Source: Pristiophorus japonicus
Taxonomy: Eukaryota
DNA length: 64,000 nucleotides
NCBI RefSeq assembly: GCF_044704955.1
Contig: NC_091992.1
Span: forward strand, 128,092,001 to 128,156,000
Direction of reading: 5' to 3'
This document shows, in pieces, positions 33,945 to 47,204 of this stretch. The notes beneath the pieces are model-generated. The model was not told where the DNA came from, searched no databases, and saw nothing but the letters and a program-made list of their open reading frames with translations. Position 1 is the first letter of the stretch. Each line of letters opens with the position of its first letter. Made by a program: the position numbers and the translations under genes.

Positions 33945-36900
33945 CCATTATAGCCATTACAGAGCTATGGCTGAAAGAGGGGCAGGTTTGTCAGCTCGAT
34001 ATTCCTGGTTAAAGGATTTTTAGACAGGACAGAGAGGGGGTAAAAAAAGGGGGGTCACGGTATCGATTAAAGAAACTATTACAGCTTTGACGAGGATTGA
34101 TATGTTAGAGGGATCATCAAATGAGGCCATATGGGTCGAACTGAAAAATAAAAAAGGGATGCTCACACTGCTGGGCTTATATAGACCCCCAAACAGTGGG
34201 AGGGAGATAGAAGAGCAAATATGTAGGCAACTTTCTGTGAAGTCCAAAAACCATATGGCAGTAATAGTAGGGGATTTCAACTATCCTAATATTGATTGGG
34301 ACAAATATAGCGTGAAGGGTATAGAGGGTGCGGAATTCCTAAAATGCATTCAAGAGAACTTTTTTAGTCAGTATGTAACAAGTCCAACACGGGAGGGGGC
34401 GGTTCTGAATTTAGTTTTGGGGAATGAAGCTGGGCAGGTGGAAGGGGTATCAATGGGAGAGCACTTGGGTGTCAGTGACCATAATTCAGTCAGATTCAAG
34501 GTAGTTATGGATAAGAACAAGGATAGACCAGGAATAAAAGTCCCAAATTGGGGAAAAGTTAGCTTTGCTAAGTTGAGAAGTGATTTGGCCACAGTGGACT
34601 AGATACAGCTACTTGAAGGTAAATCAGTGTGGGAACACTGGAAGGCATTCAAGGAGGAGATCCGGAGGGCTCAGGCCAAACATGTGCCCTGAAAGAAAAA
34701 GGGTGGGAATAACAATTCAAGAGCACCCTGGATGTCTAGGTACTTACAGGGGAGGATAAAGAAAAAAGAGAAGCTTATATCATATACCAACAGCTAAATA
34801 CTGTAGAATCTCTGGAGGAATATAGAAAGTTCAGAGGTGAAATTAAAAAGGATGTTAGGAATGCAAAGAGAGAGCATGAAAAATTCTCAGCAAGCAAAAT
34901 CAAGGAAAACCCAAAAATGTTCTATAAATATATTAAGAGCAAGAGGATAACTAAAGAAAGGATAGAGCCTATTATCATCATAGGCAGTCCCTCGGAATCG
35001 AGGAAGACTTTTTCCACTCCCAAAGTGAATTCTTTGATGGCTGAACAATCCGATACGAGAGCCACAGAGCCTGTCACAGGTGGGACAGACATTCGTCGAG
35101 GGAAGGGGTCGGTGAGGCTGGTTTGCCGCACGCTCCTTCCGCTGCCTGCGCTTGGCCTCTTCACGTTTTTTGCGTTGAGACGCGAAGAGCTCAACGCCCT
35201 CCCGGATGCACTTTCTCCACCTCAGGCGGCATTTGGCCAAGGTCTCCCAGGTGTCAGTGGTGATGTCACACTTTACCAGGGAGGCTTTGAGGGTGTCCTT
35301 ATAACGTTTCCGCTGTCCTCCTTTGGCTCGTTTATCACGAAGGAACTCCACATAAAGCATTTGCTTAGGGAGTCTCATATCTGGCATGCGAACTATGTGG
35401 CCTGCCCAGCGACGCTGATCGAATGTGGTCAGTGCTTCAATACTGGGGATATTAGCCTGGTCGAGGACACTGATGTTGGTGCGCCTGTCCTCCCAGGGGA
35501 TTTGCAGGATCTTGCGGAGACATCGTTGATGATATATCTCCAGCGACTTGAGGTGCCTTCTATACATCATCCATGCCTCGGATCCATACAGGAGGGCGGG
35601 TATTACTACAGCCCTGTAGACCATGAGCTTGGTGATAGATTTGAGGGCCTGGTCTTCAAACATGTGTGAAATTCTGGATGAAATAAACATCGTGAGAGAT
35701 GAGGTATTAAGGGGTTTAGCAGTTTTGAAAGTGGATAAGTCCCCAGACCTGAAATGCATCCCAGGCTGTTGAGCGAAGCAAAAGAGGAAATAGCAAAGGC
35801 CTTGACCATCATTTTCCAGTCCTCTTTGGATTCAGGCATGATGCCAGGGAACTGGAGGACTGCTAATGTGGTACCTTTGTTTAGGAAAGGAGAAAGGGAT
35901 AGGCCGAATAATTACAGGCCTGTCAGCCTAACCTCAGTGGTTGGAAAATTATTGGAAAAAATCCTGAAGGACAGAATAAATCTACATTTAGAAAGGCTAG
36001 GATTAATTATGGACAGTCAGCACGGATTTGTTAAGGGAAGATCGTGTTTGACTAACCTGATTGAATTTTTCGAGGAGGTAACCAGAAGGGTCGTTGAGGG
36101 CAGTGCGTATGATGTAGTGTATATGGACTTTAGAAAAGCTTTTGATAAGGTCCCACATAGCAGACTGGTCATGAAGGTAAAAGCCCATGGGATCCAGGGC
36201 AAAGTAGCAAGTTGGATCCAAAATTGGCTTAGAGGTAGGAAGCAAAGGGTAATGGTTGATGGATGTTTTTGTGACTGGAGGGATGTTTCCTGTGGAGTTT
36301 CGCAGGGCTCAGTACTGGGTCCCTTGTTTTTTGTGGTATACATCAATGATCTAAATTTGAAAATAGGATGTTGATTAAGAAGTTTGCAGATGACACTAAA
36401 ATTGGCTGTGTGGTTGTTAATGAAGAGGAAAGTCATGAACTGCAGGAGGATATCAATCTATTACTGAAGTAATGCACTTGGGGAGAGCTAATAAGAAAAG
36501 GATATACACATTAAATGGTAGGCCACTTAGAAGTGTAGATGAACAAAGGGACCTTTGAGTGCTTGTCCACAGATCCCTGATAGTAGCAGGCCAGGTGGAT
36601 AAGGTGGTTAAGAAGGCATACGGAATGCTTGCCTTTATTGGCTGAGGCATAGAATACAAGAGCAAGGAGGTTATGCTTAAATTGTATAATAGCTATGAGG
36701 ATAGATTGGATAGGCTGGATTTGTTCTCCTTGGAACAGAGGAGGCTGAAGGAAGACCTCATTGAGGTATATAACATTTTGAGGGGCCTGGATATAGTGGC
36801 TAGCAAGGGCCTATTTCCCTTGGTGGAGGGGTCAATTATGAGGGGGCATAGGTTTAAAGTGGTTGATGGAAGGTTTAGAGGGGATTTGAGGGGAAGCTTC

Positions 36901-37450
36901 TTCACACAGAGGGTTGTGAGGGTCTGGAACTCACTGCCTGGAAAGGTGGTAGAGGCAGAAACCCTCACCACATATAAAAGGTGCTTGGATGGGCACTTGA
37001 AGTGTTGTAACCTGCAGGGTTACGGACCTAGAGCTGGCAAGTGGGATTAGACTGGATAACCTCTTGTTGGCTGGCACAGATACGATGGCAAGTACTGCAG
37101 GGAATCAAATACAGTCAGAGTGGTCTCCTGGACTAGTTTCGATCACCTGGATGGGTTGGAGAGGAATTTTCCCAGATTTTTTCCCCAATTGGCCTGGGTT
37201 TTTATCTAGTTTTTTGTGTCTCCCAGGAGATCGCATGTCTCTGGGTGGGGTGGAGTGTAAAATGTTGCAATATATGGGGTATCGCAGTTCTGTGGGGCGG
37301 CCTGGTTGGGCCGGATGCTCTTTACCTGTCCGCCATGGTTCATAGGTTTATATGTAACCTTCAGGGATGCTGACCGAGGGCCGCGCGGCTCTTTGTCGGC
37401 TGCCGCGGACATGATGGGCCGAAATGGCCTCCATCTGCGCTGTAAATTTC
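33945..37450 (+). mobile_element. CR1 LINE ORF2 with long 3' UTR, interrupted by an RTE
   Basis: ORFs 34087..34602, 35754..36374 and 36673..37050. Confidence 0.92.
34972..35666 (-). mobile_element. RTE LINE 3' end nested in the CR1
   Basis: ORF 34887..35759 segment TKLMVYRAVVIPALLYGSEAW..RWAGHIVRM..CPTCDRLCGSRIGLFSHQRIH; (GAT)n tail. Confidence 0.92.
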
Positions 37451-37949
37451 TATCTCTGGATAACTGTACCTCAGTGTGTATCTGTGGTTATTATTATGTT
37501 ATCCTTTCCTCTGTCCACTGCTGCTGCTCCTCCTCCATTATAATGTCATACATTGGTATGCTTATAGGGAATGCCAAACCTGCTCCTGAGCAGCAAGGGA
37601 CCAAGATTTGCCGGTGGTTTTAGACTCACAGAAGTGAGAAGCCAGCACAAAGCTGTGTAGGTGGAATGTCAACAAATTTCTCAGAAGTTATTTCCAGCTG
37701 CAGTAATTGCGATGCAAACCCTCCACATTCTTCAGGCTCACAAACTCCTCACTGCCTGCCTCAGCTGACCCTAGTAGCAGCTATGCCTTATATTTCTCAT
37801 TCTAACTTATCCCAAGTCCATTGCAAGTGTAAAACCAGGAAATGTGAGGATGCAGCACTATTGTCCCTTTTACCCTATGTTTTAATGAATTCACTATGGG
37901 ATTGGCAGGCACAACACAGGAGGAGCCAAATCGCATTAGGAATCTTGAG

Positions 37950-38600
37950 AGGTCTGAGATTGGGGTGATAAGCCAGCGGGCATGGCTTCCATCTCATTTT
38001 GCTGTGCAATTCATATACTTCTCAATGGAAGCAGACAAAGAGAAACTGACAGGGTTCCCATTGGTGCATGGAGCAACTGATGGAGTACATGTGCCGTAAT
38101 GTGTTGTAACCTACAAGGCTATGGACCAAGAGCTGGAAAGTGGGATTAGTCTGGATAGCTCTTTTAGACACAATCAGCCGAATGGCCTCCTTCTGTGCCG
38201 TAAATGTTTAAGATTCAAAACCCCAAATGACAACCCCCTCATTTTTTTGAACAGGCAAAGTTGCCATTCTATTAATGTACAGCTAGTGTATGATGCCAAT
38301 CCTGCACATCATTGCAAGATACCCAGGAAGCTGCTATGATGCTTTCATCATGTGACAATCCACCATACCACCCTTCACGATTCAGAACATCAGGCTGGTT
38401 CACGGTCATAAGGACTATGTCCTGCAGTCATGGCATATGCCTCCAGTAAGGTTTCTGCAGGTAATGGGAAGGTGGGGCGGGGGAGGGCAATAGATAAAAT
38501 GAGGTCCATGCCACTACAAGAAGTGTCATAGAGCAGACTATAGAAATTCTCAAGTCTCATTTTCAGTGCCTGGATTAATCTGGTAGCACTAAGCCCAGTG
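37950..38600 (+). pseudogene. Highly decayed Harbinger transposase fragment
   Basis: GFPLVHGATDGVHVP; FLNRQSCHSINVQLVYDA; IEQTIEILK-like segment near 38525. Confidence 0.7.
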
Positions 38601-39744
38601 AGGTTTTCCCAGGAATTTAATTGGACCTGTCACTCTGCCACCGTAACTTTGCTTGAAGCATGGCGGAAATCCTGTTTGTGCTTAATCAGGGTTTCCACTG
38701 CACTTCCGTGAAGTTACAGCGGTGAGGAGCAGCAGCTCTGAGGAAATTAAGTACTTCACAATTTTGATCATTCCTCCCTGCCGTGATGGTAGTCACCAAT
38801 ACCACAATGCTTTGGTGGCCACAGATGGAATAAGTGCGGCCATACAGGCCCAAAAATTCCTGCGACCCTCACTTTGCTGGCATGGAGTGAAACCCCTGCG
38901 TGCCTGGAGACCTCAGTCCAAATTCGGGCAAATTGCTGGGGCCTGCGAGGGCACATCAGTGGTCTCTGCCTCAGCCCATCCCAATCTACCCTTCTAAGCC
39001 TGAAGTTCTAAACTGCTGAAGGAATTTTTTTAATTAAAAAAAATATATATATAAATATTAAAATCTTCAGCTCCCATTGGAGCCACTCGACGCTTCAGAA
39101 GGTAAATGATCACTTCCAGGATTGAGTAGCTTATTCTAGTAAAGGCTGGGGCCGTCTAAAGGCCTCAATTGACTCATGCTAGGTCTTAGTGGCACGAGTT
39201 CCACCTGAGGCAATTCAAGAGCGTAGTTCAGGACGTCCTGCCCTACACATCTCCTTAACGTGAAGATCCGCCCACAGACTCCCAGACCAGAATTCAAAGG
39301 TCCGGTCTAAATGGGTTGGAATCTGTGCAGCGCCAGGTTCCGGTCCATTTTCCGGAACCGGTGGATGGAAAAGGGATTTTTGCCAAGGCTGACACCTTGG
39401 AAGGCTCTTTATAGTGTAAACTTCCTTCACCCCTGAAAGAATGAATCAATTGTTGGGTGACTGAATCACTCCTTTCCCACTCGAAATTTTAATTTTGAGC
39501 ACAAAAATACGTACGCTGCCCTTTTCTGGCACATAATGCCTGCAGCAAGCACCTGCCCCTCTCACAAGGAGGTTCCACGGAGCAGCCGGGGATCTGGGGA
39601 TCCTGCTGGGAGTCTGCCAAAAAACACAAAGATGAGAATTGGACTGAACAGCTTTTTCTTTCCTATTTTCTAAAGCTGTAAAAAGACAACAGATTTTTAA
39701 AAGCCACAAACGTTGCTTAATTTCCTTTTTGTATTCCACTTTAG

Positions 39745-40035
39745 GAAAATTACAGAGGCCTGTACTCAGCATACATCCAATGGTGGTGACTGTGGGAAAT
39801 TCAACTGAGCTGCGCTGTGAAATATCTGGAGAAATTCCTCCTCTTACATTCATATTCTATAAATACAGTGGACGATATCTGCGCTTAGCTGACACAAAAG
39901 ACACCAATAAAAGTTTTGCAACACACACATTGAAAGTGGCAGAAAATACAGTGAAAGACTATTGCTGTAAAGTCCACGGCAACAGCAAGGACAGTATCTC
40001 AAACTACAGTGAAATAGTAAAACTCAGCGTGCAAG
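39745..40035 (+). CDS. Ig domain exon 2 (PECAM1 D2-like)
   Basis: TTTAG| ... |GTAAGT, 291 bp, phase 1-1. GKLQRPVLSI..VGNSTELRCEISGEIPPLTFIFYK..YCCKV..YSEIVKLSVQ. Confidence 0.88.
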
Positions 40036-41779
40036 GTAAGTCAGCTTTCTAAATACTTAAATACGTACATATAGTTGAAGAATCTATGAAGCTCAGAGCC
40101 TCCATTTTAAAATTCTGCTTTAAAAATTCCTCAATCGTTTTGGTATAAAAATAGTAGAGGAGTGTGGGGATTTGAAGTGCGATTCAAATAGGCCAGAGTT
40201 CTGCCGCTAAAGAGGCAGGAGCAAACGACAGAATAATGAAGTGTAAACTGATCTGTCAGAAATTCTGCCATTGTTTCAGCCACATTGCACCTGGTTTAAC
40301 TCAAGCCTGTACAACATAGGCGTGAATTGTTGCATGACCTGCCAAGCTATGAAGCGGTTGACTTCACAGGCAATGACTGCCCAAGGACTTTCTCTGATAT
40401 CACAGCTCTGACTGGTGCAATTTAAAACGTTTATTTTTCCCGCTGTGCTGCAGTTTCAGGCAGGGAAATGTATTTTTTCCATCCTTCTTGCCATGGGGTT
40501 CCCTTTGGATATTCCCATACATGTACTTCTGATCGTGGCAGAACGGGAGCAGGGTGAAAAAAAAATGAGATGCATGCAGGATATCCCTGTACCAAGGGAG
40601 AAGACCATGTAGGAGATATCCTTCCACCACCACCACAACAACTGCATTTATATAGTGCCTTTCATGTAGTAAAAATGTCACAAAATGTCACAGGAGTGTT
40701 ATCAAACAAAATTTGACACCGAGCCTCATAAACTTGGTCATAGAGGTAGGTTTTAAGGAGAGAGAGATGGAGGGGCGGGGAGGTTTAGGGAATGAATTCC
40801 AGAATTTGTCTACAGACCATGCTATACCTTTAAGGATGTATCAAAAGCAGTCTGTTTAAGAAGGTGTTTATTCAGTAAGAACTCTGCAGGAACTCTTGCG
40901 TTCTATAGCAACCAAACCTTAAAGCATTTTCTCAAACACAAAAAATCCAAACAAAGAACAGGCATACTTCTGAGCACTGGACTTCACGGGGTAATTTTAA
41001 CCCCAAAAATGGCTGGGTTGGAGTCAGGCGATATGTAAAAAAAAATTTTAAATCTCAAATCCGAGCCCAACCCGCCCACTTTTTCGGGGTTTAACAAGGT
41101 GGGACAGGTGGTGGGCAGCCAACCTGCTCCCAGGAGGTGGGTTGGCCATTTAAATATTATAATGAGGCTGGGAACCTCACATTTAACCTGTCTTACAGGT
41201 TTAACCCTGGCCGTCCAGGTTTCCCAAGCCTTGGGAAACCTGGCAGCTCAAGGGAGGCAAGGACAGCTTTGGGGAAAGTTAGGTGCCCTTACAGCACTGC
41301 TTGTGGGCCAGGAGGAACAGGAGTGCTTCCCCCCAGTCCACCAAGCTACCTTTTTCTCTGCCTTCAGACCCCCTCACCACCCACCCCCACCCACTAACGC
41401 AGCAGCAGGTTTTATACCTGTCAATCAGGCTAGCTTCCAGGTGGGGAACCTGTTGAAAACAAAGATGCACACTGTGTAGTTAAAACTCCATAGCATGCGG
41501 GGAAACCCGGACTTCCGGGAAATATTAATAGGATTGTTAACTAGTTTAAAATAAAATGTTATAAAATAAACAAGTTAGCACTTCAACTTTTTATCGTTTA
41601 ATTCAACAACACAGTGACATCGCTCTGCAGCTTGTTTCCAAATTTTACCAACATGTTTAACAAACTTATTAATTTTCACAATATATAACAATTGCATTAA
41701 GAAAGTAGTAGCCACCACAGTGATTTATACAGTGTCATTGCTAGACAGTGACTGACTTTATTTTGCTTTTTTCTGATAG

Positions 41780-42064
41780 CACTGGAAGTCTCTAAGCCAA
41801 TTTTGCAGTCAGATTCCAATACGAATACACTGAAGAAGGGACAAGCTTTGACTCTAAAATGCACCGTATCAAAAGGATCCTTTCCCATCACTTACATGTT
41901 TTTCCATGGATCACTCAATCATAGCACAACTTCAAGTTACAATGAAGAAAAGTATTTAATTCGCTCTGTGAACAATCATCACAGTGGAAGGTACTACTGT
42001 ACGGCATCAAATGCAGCAACATCTGAAGCAAAACAGAGCAACCATATTGTTATGGAAGTGTTTG
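41780..42064 (+). CDS. Ig domain exon 3 (PECAM1 membrane-proximal / allergin / FCRL-type C2 domain)
   Basis: TGATAG| ... |GTAAGA, 285 bp, phase 1-1. VSKPILQ..GQALTLKCTVSKGSFPITYMFF..HSGRYYCTASN..KQS. Confidence 0.9.
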
Positions 42065-42399
42065 GTAAGATCAAAGTATTTACCAATTGTTCCTCTGCGA
42101 ACTTTATTTATTGTGATTGAAAAAAATTCTCCACGTGAAATATAGAACTCCAAAAATTAGCTTGGAAAACCTGTGAAATCTGTAATGTTGATCTGACAGG
42201 GGAAATCAAGAAAACTTTTGTTCACAATCACTTTGATGACTTATAATCCAGCCACACATCGCAGCTATCATTGCACGTATTCATTCAAATCCTTTTTGAG
42301 GACTAAATTCCCATATCCCAGTTTTCTATTTATTTACCACATCTGGCAGTGTAGTGGTTCTTGTACTGAACTAATAATTACACAAACTGAGGTTGTATT

Positions 42400-42782
42400 C
42401 CCTGGAGGGGTGATTTGATCGAAGTTGTCAGGATATTAAGGGAAACTGATAGGGTAAATAGAGAGAACTATTTCCCCTGGTTGGGGAGTCAAGGACTGGG
42501 GTCATAGCCTAAAAATTAGCAGATCTTTCAGGTGTGAAGTTATGCAACACTTCTACACACAAAGGCTGGTGCAAGTTTGGAACTCTCTTCTGCAAACAGC
42601 AATTGATGTTGGGTCAATTGTTAATGTTAGATCTGAGATTGATAGATTTTTGTTAACCCAAGGTATTAAGGGATATGAGGCAAAGGTGGGGATATGGAGT
42701 TAGGTTGCAGATCAGCCGTGATCTAATTGAATGGCAGAACAGGTTCGAGGGGCTGAATGGCCTCCTCCTGTTCCTATGTTCC
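42400..42782 (+). mobile_element. Decayed CR1 3' end
   Basis: CR1 C-terminal region and the GGGGCTGAATGGCCTCCTCCTGTTCCTATG tail. Confidence 0.75.
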
Positions 42783-43062
42783 TTTGTAATGGGGTAAGAG
42801 TTGAAATCCCACCATGGCAACTTGTGAAATTGAATTTAATAAATCTCATGTTCAGCACCAGGGACAAATGACAGATTGGGAGCTGACAGATTATTGTTAA
42901 TGCCCACAGATTCACTAACGAAATCTACCACCCCTACCCAGAATGGCCTATATGTGACTCCAGTCCCACACTACGTGTTCTCTGGTGACCGAGCCATCCA
43001 CTCAGTTAAAAATAAAATCGTCCCACCACCACCTACTGAGGGTAACTGGTACAGTAATGTGA

Positions 43063-44320
43063 AATAAAAACAGAAAATGCTGGAAATAATCAGCAGGTCA
43101 GGCGACATCTGTGGAGAGAGAAACAGAGTTAACGTTTCAGGTCGATGACACGTCGTCAGAACTGGAAAAAAATAGGGGTGCATCAGATTTTAAGCAAGTG
43201 CAGGGACAGGGGAAAGGGGAAGGGGAGGAAAGAACAAATCTGTGATAGGGTGGAAGGCAGAAGGGATTAAATGACAAAAAGGATGATTGTATAAAGCAAA
43301 AGGAGATGGTAATGGGACAGGTAAAGAAACAAAAGATGAGTCTGGAAGAAATGTAAATGGGAATTGCAGAATAATCAACAGCTGCCATCTGAAACAATAG
43401 CAGTACAGGTTATGATCTGAAATTGTTGAACTCACTGTTGACTCCAAAAGCCTAATCGAAAGATGGGGTGCTGTTCCTTGAGGTTACATTGAGCTTCGTT
43501 GGAACAGTATAAGAGGCCGAGGGCGGAGAGGTCAGAGTGGGAGTTGAGTGGAGAATTAAAGTGACAGGCGACCGGTAGCTCAGGTAACACTTGCAAACTG
43601 AATGGAGGTGTTCCATAATGTGGTCAACCAATCAGCTCTCTCTAATGTAGAGGAAAGCACATCGTGAGCAGCGAATGCAGTATACTAAATTGCAAGAAGT
43701 ACAGGTTAATTGCATGTACACCTTGAAGGAATGTTTGGGAAGGGATGCATCTCCTGGACTTGGGAAGGGGAGGGGGTGTTGGGGGTGATTGAGGAGTGGA
43801 CCAGGATGTCGCAGAGGGAGCAGTCCCTTCTGGAATTCTGAAAGGGCAGGGGAGCAGATGTGTTTGGTGGTGGGATCACGCTGGAGGTGGCGGAAATGGC
43901 GGTGGATGATCCGTTGACTGTGGAGGCTGGTGGAATGGAAGATGAGGACAAGGGAATGCTGCCGTGGTTCTGGGAGGGAGGGGAAGGAGTGAGAGCAGCA
44001 GTGCGGGAAATGGAACGGACACGGTCGAGGGCCACATCAACCACGTAGAGGGGACTCCTTGGATGAGAAAAAAGGAAGACATATCGGAAGCACTAGTATG
44101 GAAGGTGGCATCATCAGAACAGATGCAACGGAGACGGATAAACTGGGAGAATGGAATAGAGTCCTTACAGGAAGCGGGGGTAGGAGGAAGTGTAGTCTAG
44201 GTAGCTGTGGTGTCAGTGGGCCTACAGTAGATGTTTGTCAGCAGCCTATCCCCAGAAATGGAGACAGAAGTCAGGGAAGGGAAGAATCGGAGTTGGACCA
44301 TGTGAAGGTGAGGGAATATA
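43063..44320 (-). mobile_element. Penelope-like element fragment
   Basis: ORF remnants 43706..44044 and 43876..44082 (RVRSISRTAALTP..) and a pLTR-like end CTGACCTGCTGA..TCCAGCATTTTCTG, as I recall from chondrichthyan Penelope elements. Confidence 0.7.
43128..43163 (-). ncRNA. Minimal hammerhead ribozyme motif (degenerate) in the Penelope pLTR
   Basis: Minus strand GTT-CTGACGA-CGTGTCATCGACCT-GAAAC-GTTAAC, i.e. a CUGANGA...GAAA core. Confidence 0.55.
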
Positions 44321-45473
44321 GTGGTTATGTTACTGGACTAATAATCCAACAAATGTGAGTTCAACTCCCAGCAAGGCAATTTGAGAAAATGAACTCACCT
44401 CACAAGTGATCCAGTAATACAGTGTCGATTTTAACAGAGGGCTTTTGCTGTTGGGATAACTCCACTTCCATATCATTCTCTTTCTTTCTCTTCTTGTCCA
44501 ACAAGAGAAAACACTCACAAATCCCACAGCCAGACAAGCTATTAAGAGAAAATAAAATGCAGGAAAAAGGAAACAGAACGAGAAGGGTAATAGAGGAAGA
44601 GAAATGGAATGGACAGAGAAATGAAAATGAAAGGAGTATATTGGCAACTCAATTCGCTCATGTGGCCCACATGTTGCTAATGTTAATGTTGTTTAAAGGT
44701 GTGAGGTGACAACTCGAGTATACAGCCCAGGATTGAAAAATCTCACACCTATAATTTGTTCTAGGTTAACAGCCCCATTTCCAGTAGAGACAGTTTATAC
44801 AGCTGCACCGCCAATGCTATATGCAGACATGTGACTTGATTTACACACTTGCCTGAATAAATCCGTAGTTTGAGTTAAGTTTTGAAGATTATAGCACTTT
44901 TCAGCTTTCAAAATTATCGTTCTAAAGTTTTTTAAAAAATGCCTTGGTGCAATTGTGCTACTGTGGTTTTGTGAAGATTAGCAGTGCATATCTGAAACTA
45001 TGTTTAGCAGAATAAAGCTGGAATCAAACACCATTCGCACACAGGAAGCTGAAGTTCTGCACATTCGAAATGCAGAAAGTAACAGAGCACGTCAGCATTT
45101 ACCACAGTGGAAACTTCAAAGCTTAAAATATAGAGACAATAAAAGTTCAAATGTGTATCTGCTATGAACAGCAAACAGCAAATAGCACTGCCTGGCCACA
45201 ATGGAAAATGTTGAATCGTGAAACTACCAGCATCTCATGCATGCATTCACAGACATAGAGATCCTGAAAAAATAATCTTTTATAATATCAGCCCTGTGTC
45301 ACTCTCTGCAGATGTGCTGAGGTCCATTCACTGGCATCTGAATACGAATTAAAATCTAATTGTTCATTGTTAACCTTCAAAGTATATTCAACTTCATTTT
45401 AACGTTGCAAGAAGTTAAAAAACCATGGTCCTGATGACACAAAAAAAAGTTTTTCAAGTGTTTCCCAAGATTA

Positions 45474-46599
45474 CGGCTCAATTTTCTTCAAAGCTTTTTT
45501 TTGGAGTATTTGAAGAGTTCCGCCTTTTTTTTGGGCCCAAGTACGCCAAAAATAAATGTTCCAAGTTTCCCCGTTTGATTTCTTCATTTTGGCTCAGCCT
45601 AGCCTGTCCTTTAGTTTTGGGAGTGAAGCCTTGATCTGTACCAAAAAGATCAGGTTGCCACGGTAACCAGGGACACAATGCGAGCTGAGGCTGGAAAGTG
45701 AAACATACAACCAGCTCACAACCTGCACAAGCGCATTAAACATTGTAGCAACGTCATAAGCACAAATACAACTTACCTCCATTAAATTATTAAAGTTTCC
45801 CCCTTGATGCCGATCCCTGCTCCGATCCCAGGCCGAAGGGCCTCCCGGTCAGCTCCCCCGCACCAAGCTCTGGCCGAGTGGCCTCCTCCCTCCCTGTCCC
45901 GCACCTAGCCCTGGCCAAGTGGCCTCCTCCATCTCGGTCCCGCACCTATCCCAGGCCAAATGGCCTCCTCTCTTCCGGTCCCCGCACTTAGCTATACCAG
46001 AAAGGCTTCCCCGCTCTCTCTTACCTCTCCTGTTGTTGCTGCCCGGGCATTTGCTGGACTTACCTGCGCTGATTTCCTTAACTCTCCAGAAGGTTTTTCT
46101 ACAGAGGCCACATACGCTGGCCTAAGAAGAACTGGAGTAACTCTCAGCTGGCCAAACTTGCCTAACCGGCCAGAATTGGCGTGGGTGGCAAGTTACGCCC
46201 CCTTTGGCTGAAAAAAAGTACCTAAAAAAATCATAACTGAGTTATGCTGGTGCAAATTGATTGGGGAAACTTGGGTTTTTTAAACTTAGGCCAAAAAAAG
46301 CGGCCTGCGCTGATATGCCCTTCCTATACAGTATAAATGCACACGAGGCCCATACTTGAGAGAAGGTCACTCTGTGACCAGTTACCTTTATTACCAAGAC
46401 CTCAAGTGATGAAGGTGGGTGGAGCTTCCCCTTTTATACCTGAGAGTCCAGGTTGGGAGTGTCTCCCACAAGTTCGCCCCTTGTGGTCAATGTTCTCAAG
46501 GTCTACAACTTAGGTCAGCTTTTACATGGGTTACAATGATAGTTGAATACATGACATGCGCCAAAAAAACGGTGCACATCACTGGGGAAAATTGAGCCC
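45474..46599. mobile_element. Harbinger-type MITE related to 8452-9295 and 49180-51102
   Basis: TIRs (C)GGCTCAATTTTC / GAAAATTGAGCCC, flanked by TTA/TAA. Confidence 0.8.
46311..46556 (-). mobile_element. Solo LTR nested in the MITE
   Basis: TG..CA termini, 5-bp TSD TGCGC (46306-46310, 46557-46561), minus-strand TATAAAA and AATAAA. Confidence 0.88.
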
Positions 46600-46882
46600 T
46601 AAAACAGTGACTACATTTCAAAGTACTTAATTGGCTGTGAAATGCTTTGGGGCGTCCTGAGGTTGTGACAGGCACTAGACAAATACAAGTTCTTTCTATG
46701 TAATATATTCTAGCTTTTGTCTTAGCCAATACAAATAACAGATTTGTCCTTTAATATACATTTCATTTTACTTATGAGATAATTTTACTCCCTCTGTAAT
46801 TAAATCACAACAGAGCACTTCACTTCACTTGTCTAAAACTGTATGTTCAAGATGCCAATTACTGTGCGCTTTGTTTAAACAG

Positions 46883-46965
46883 GTTGTTCTCAAGCTGCAG
46901 TACCAGTGGCCTGGATTTTAGTTACCACACTGCTCCTCAGTATCAGCATCATCTGCTCCAACTAA
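46883..46965 (+). CDS. Putative terminal exon with a GPI-signal-like hydrophobic C-terminus
   Basis: TTTGTTTAAACAG| phase 1, giving GCSQAAVPVAWILVTTLLLSISIICSN*. Confidence 0.55.
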
Positions 46966-47204
46966 CTAAGCACAGACGCGACAGTGGTGTGCATTTTTCA
47001 ATCGGCCACGAGTTTGATGAGAAGTGGGACAGTGCAAGAATCATCCACCATCTGCAGTGCAGTGATTCTGTCTGTATTTCTAGCATCAGCGTCGTGTGGG
47101 TGTGTACAATGCAGTAATTAGGAGGAGCTTGGTCTCCAGTCATCTTGGTGAACCCTTGCCACTGGATCAAGGCCTAGCTCTGTCATAGAAACATAGAAAA
47201 TAGG

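Noticed and set aside
42218-42418. A fourth Ig exon (contains YHC)
   Set aside because: It lacks the B-strand Cys spacing and suitable phase-1 splice sites.
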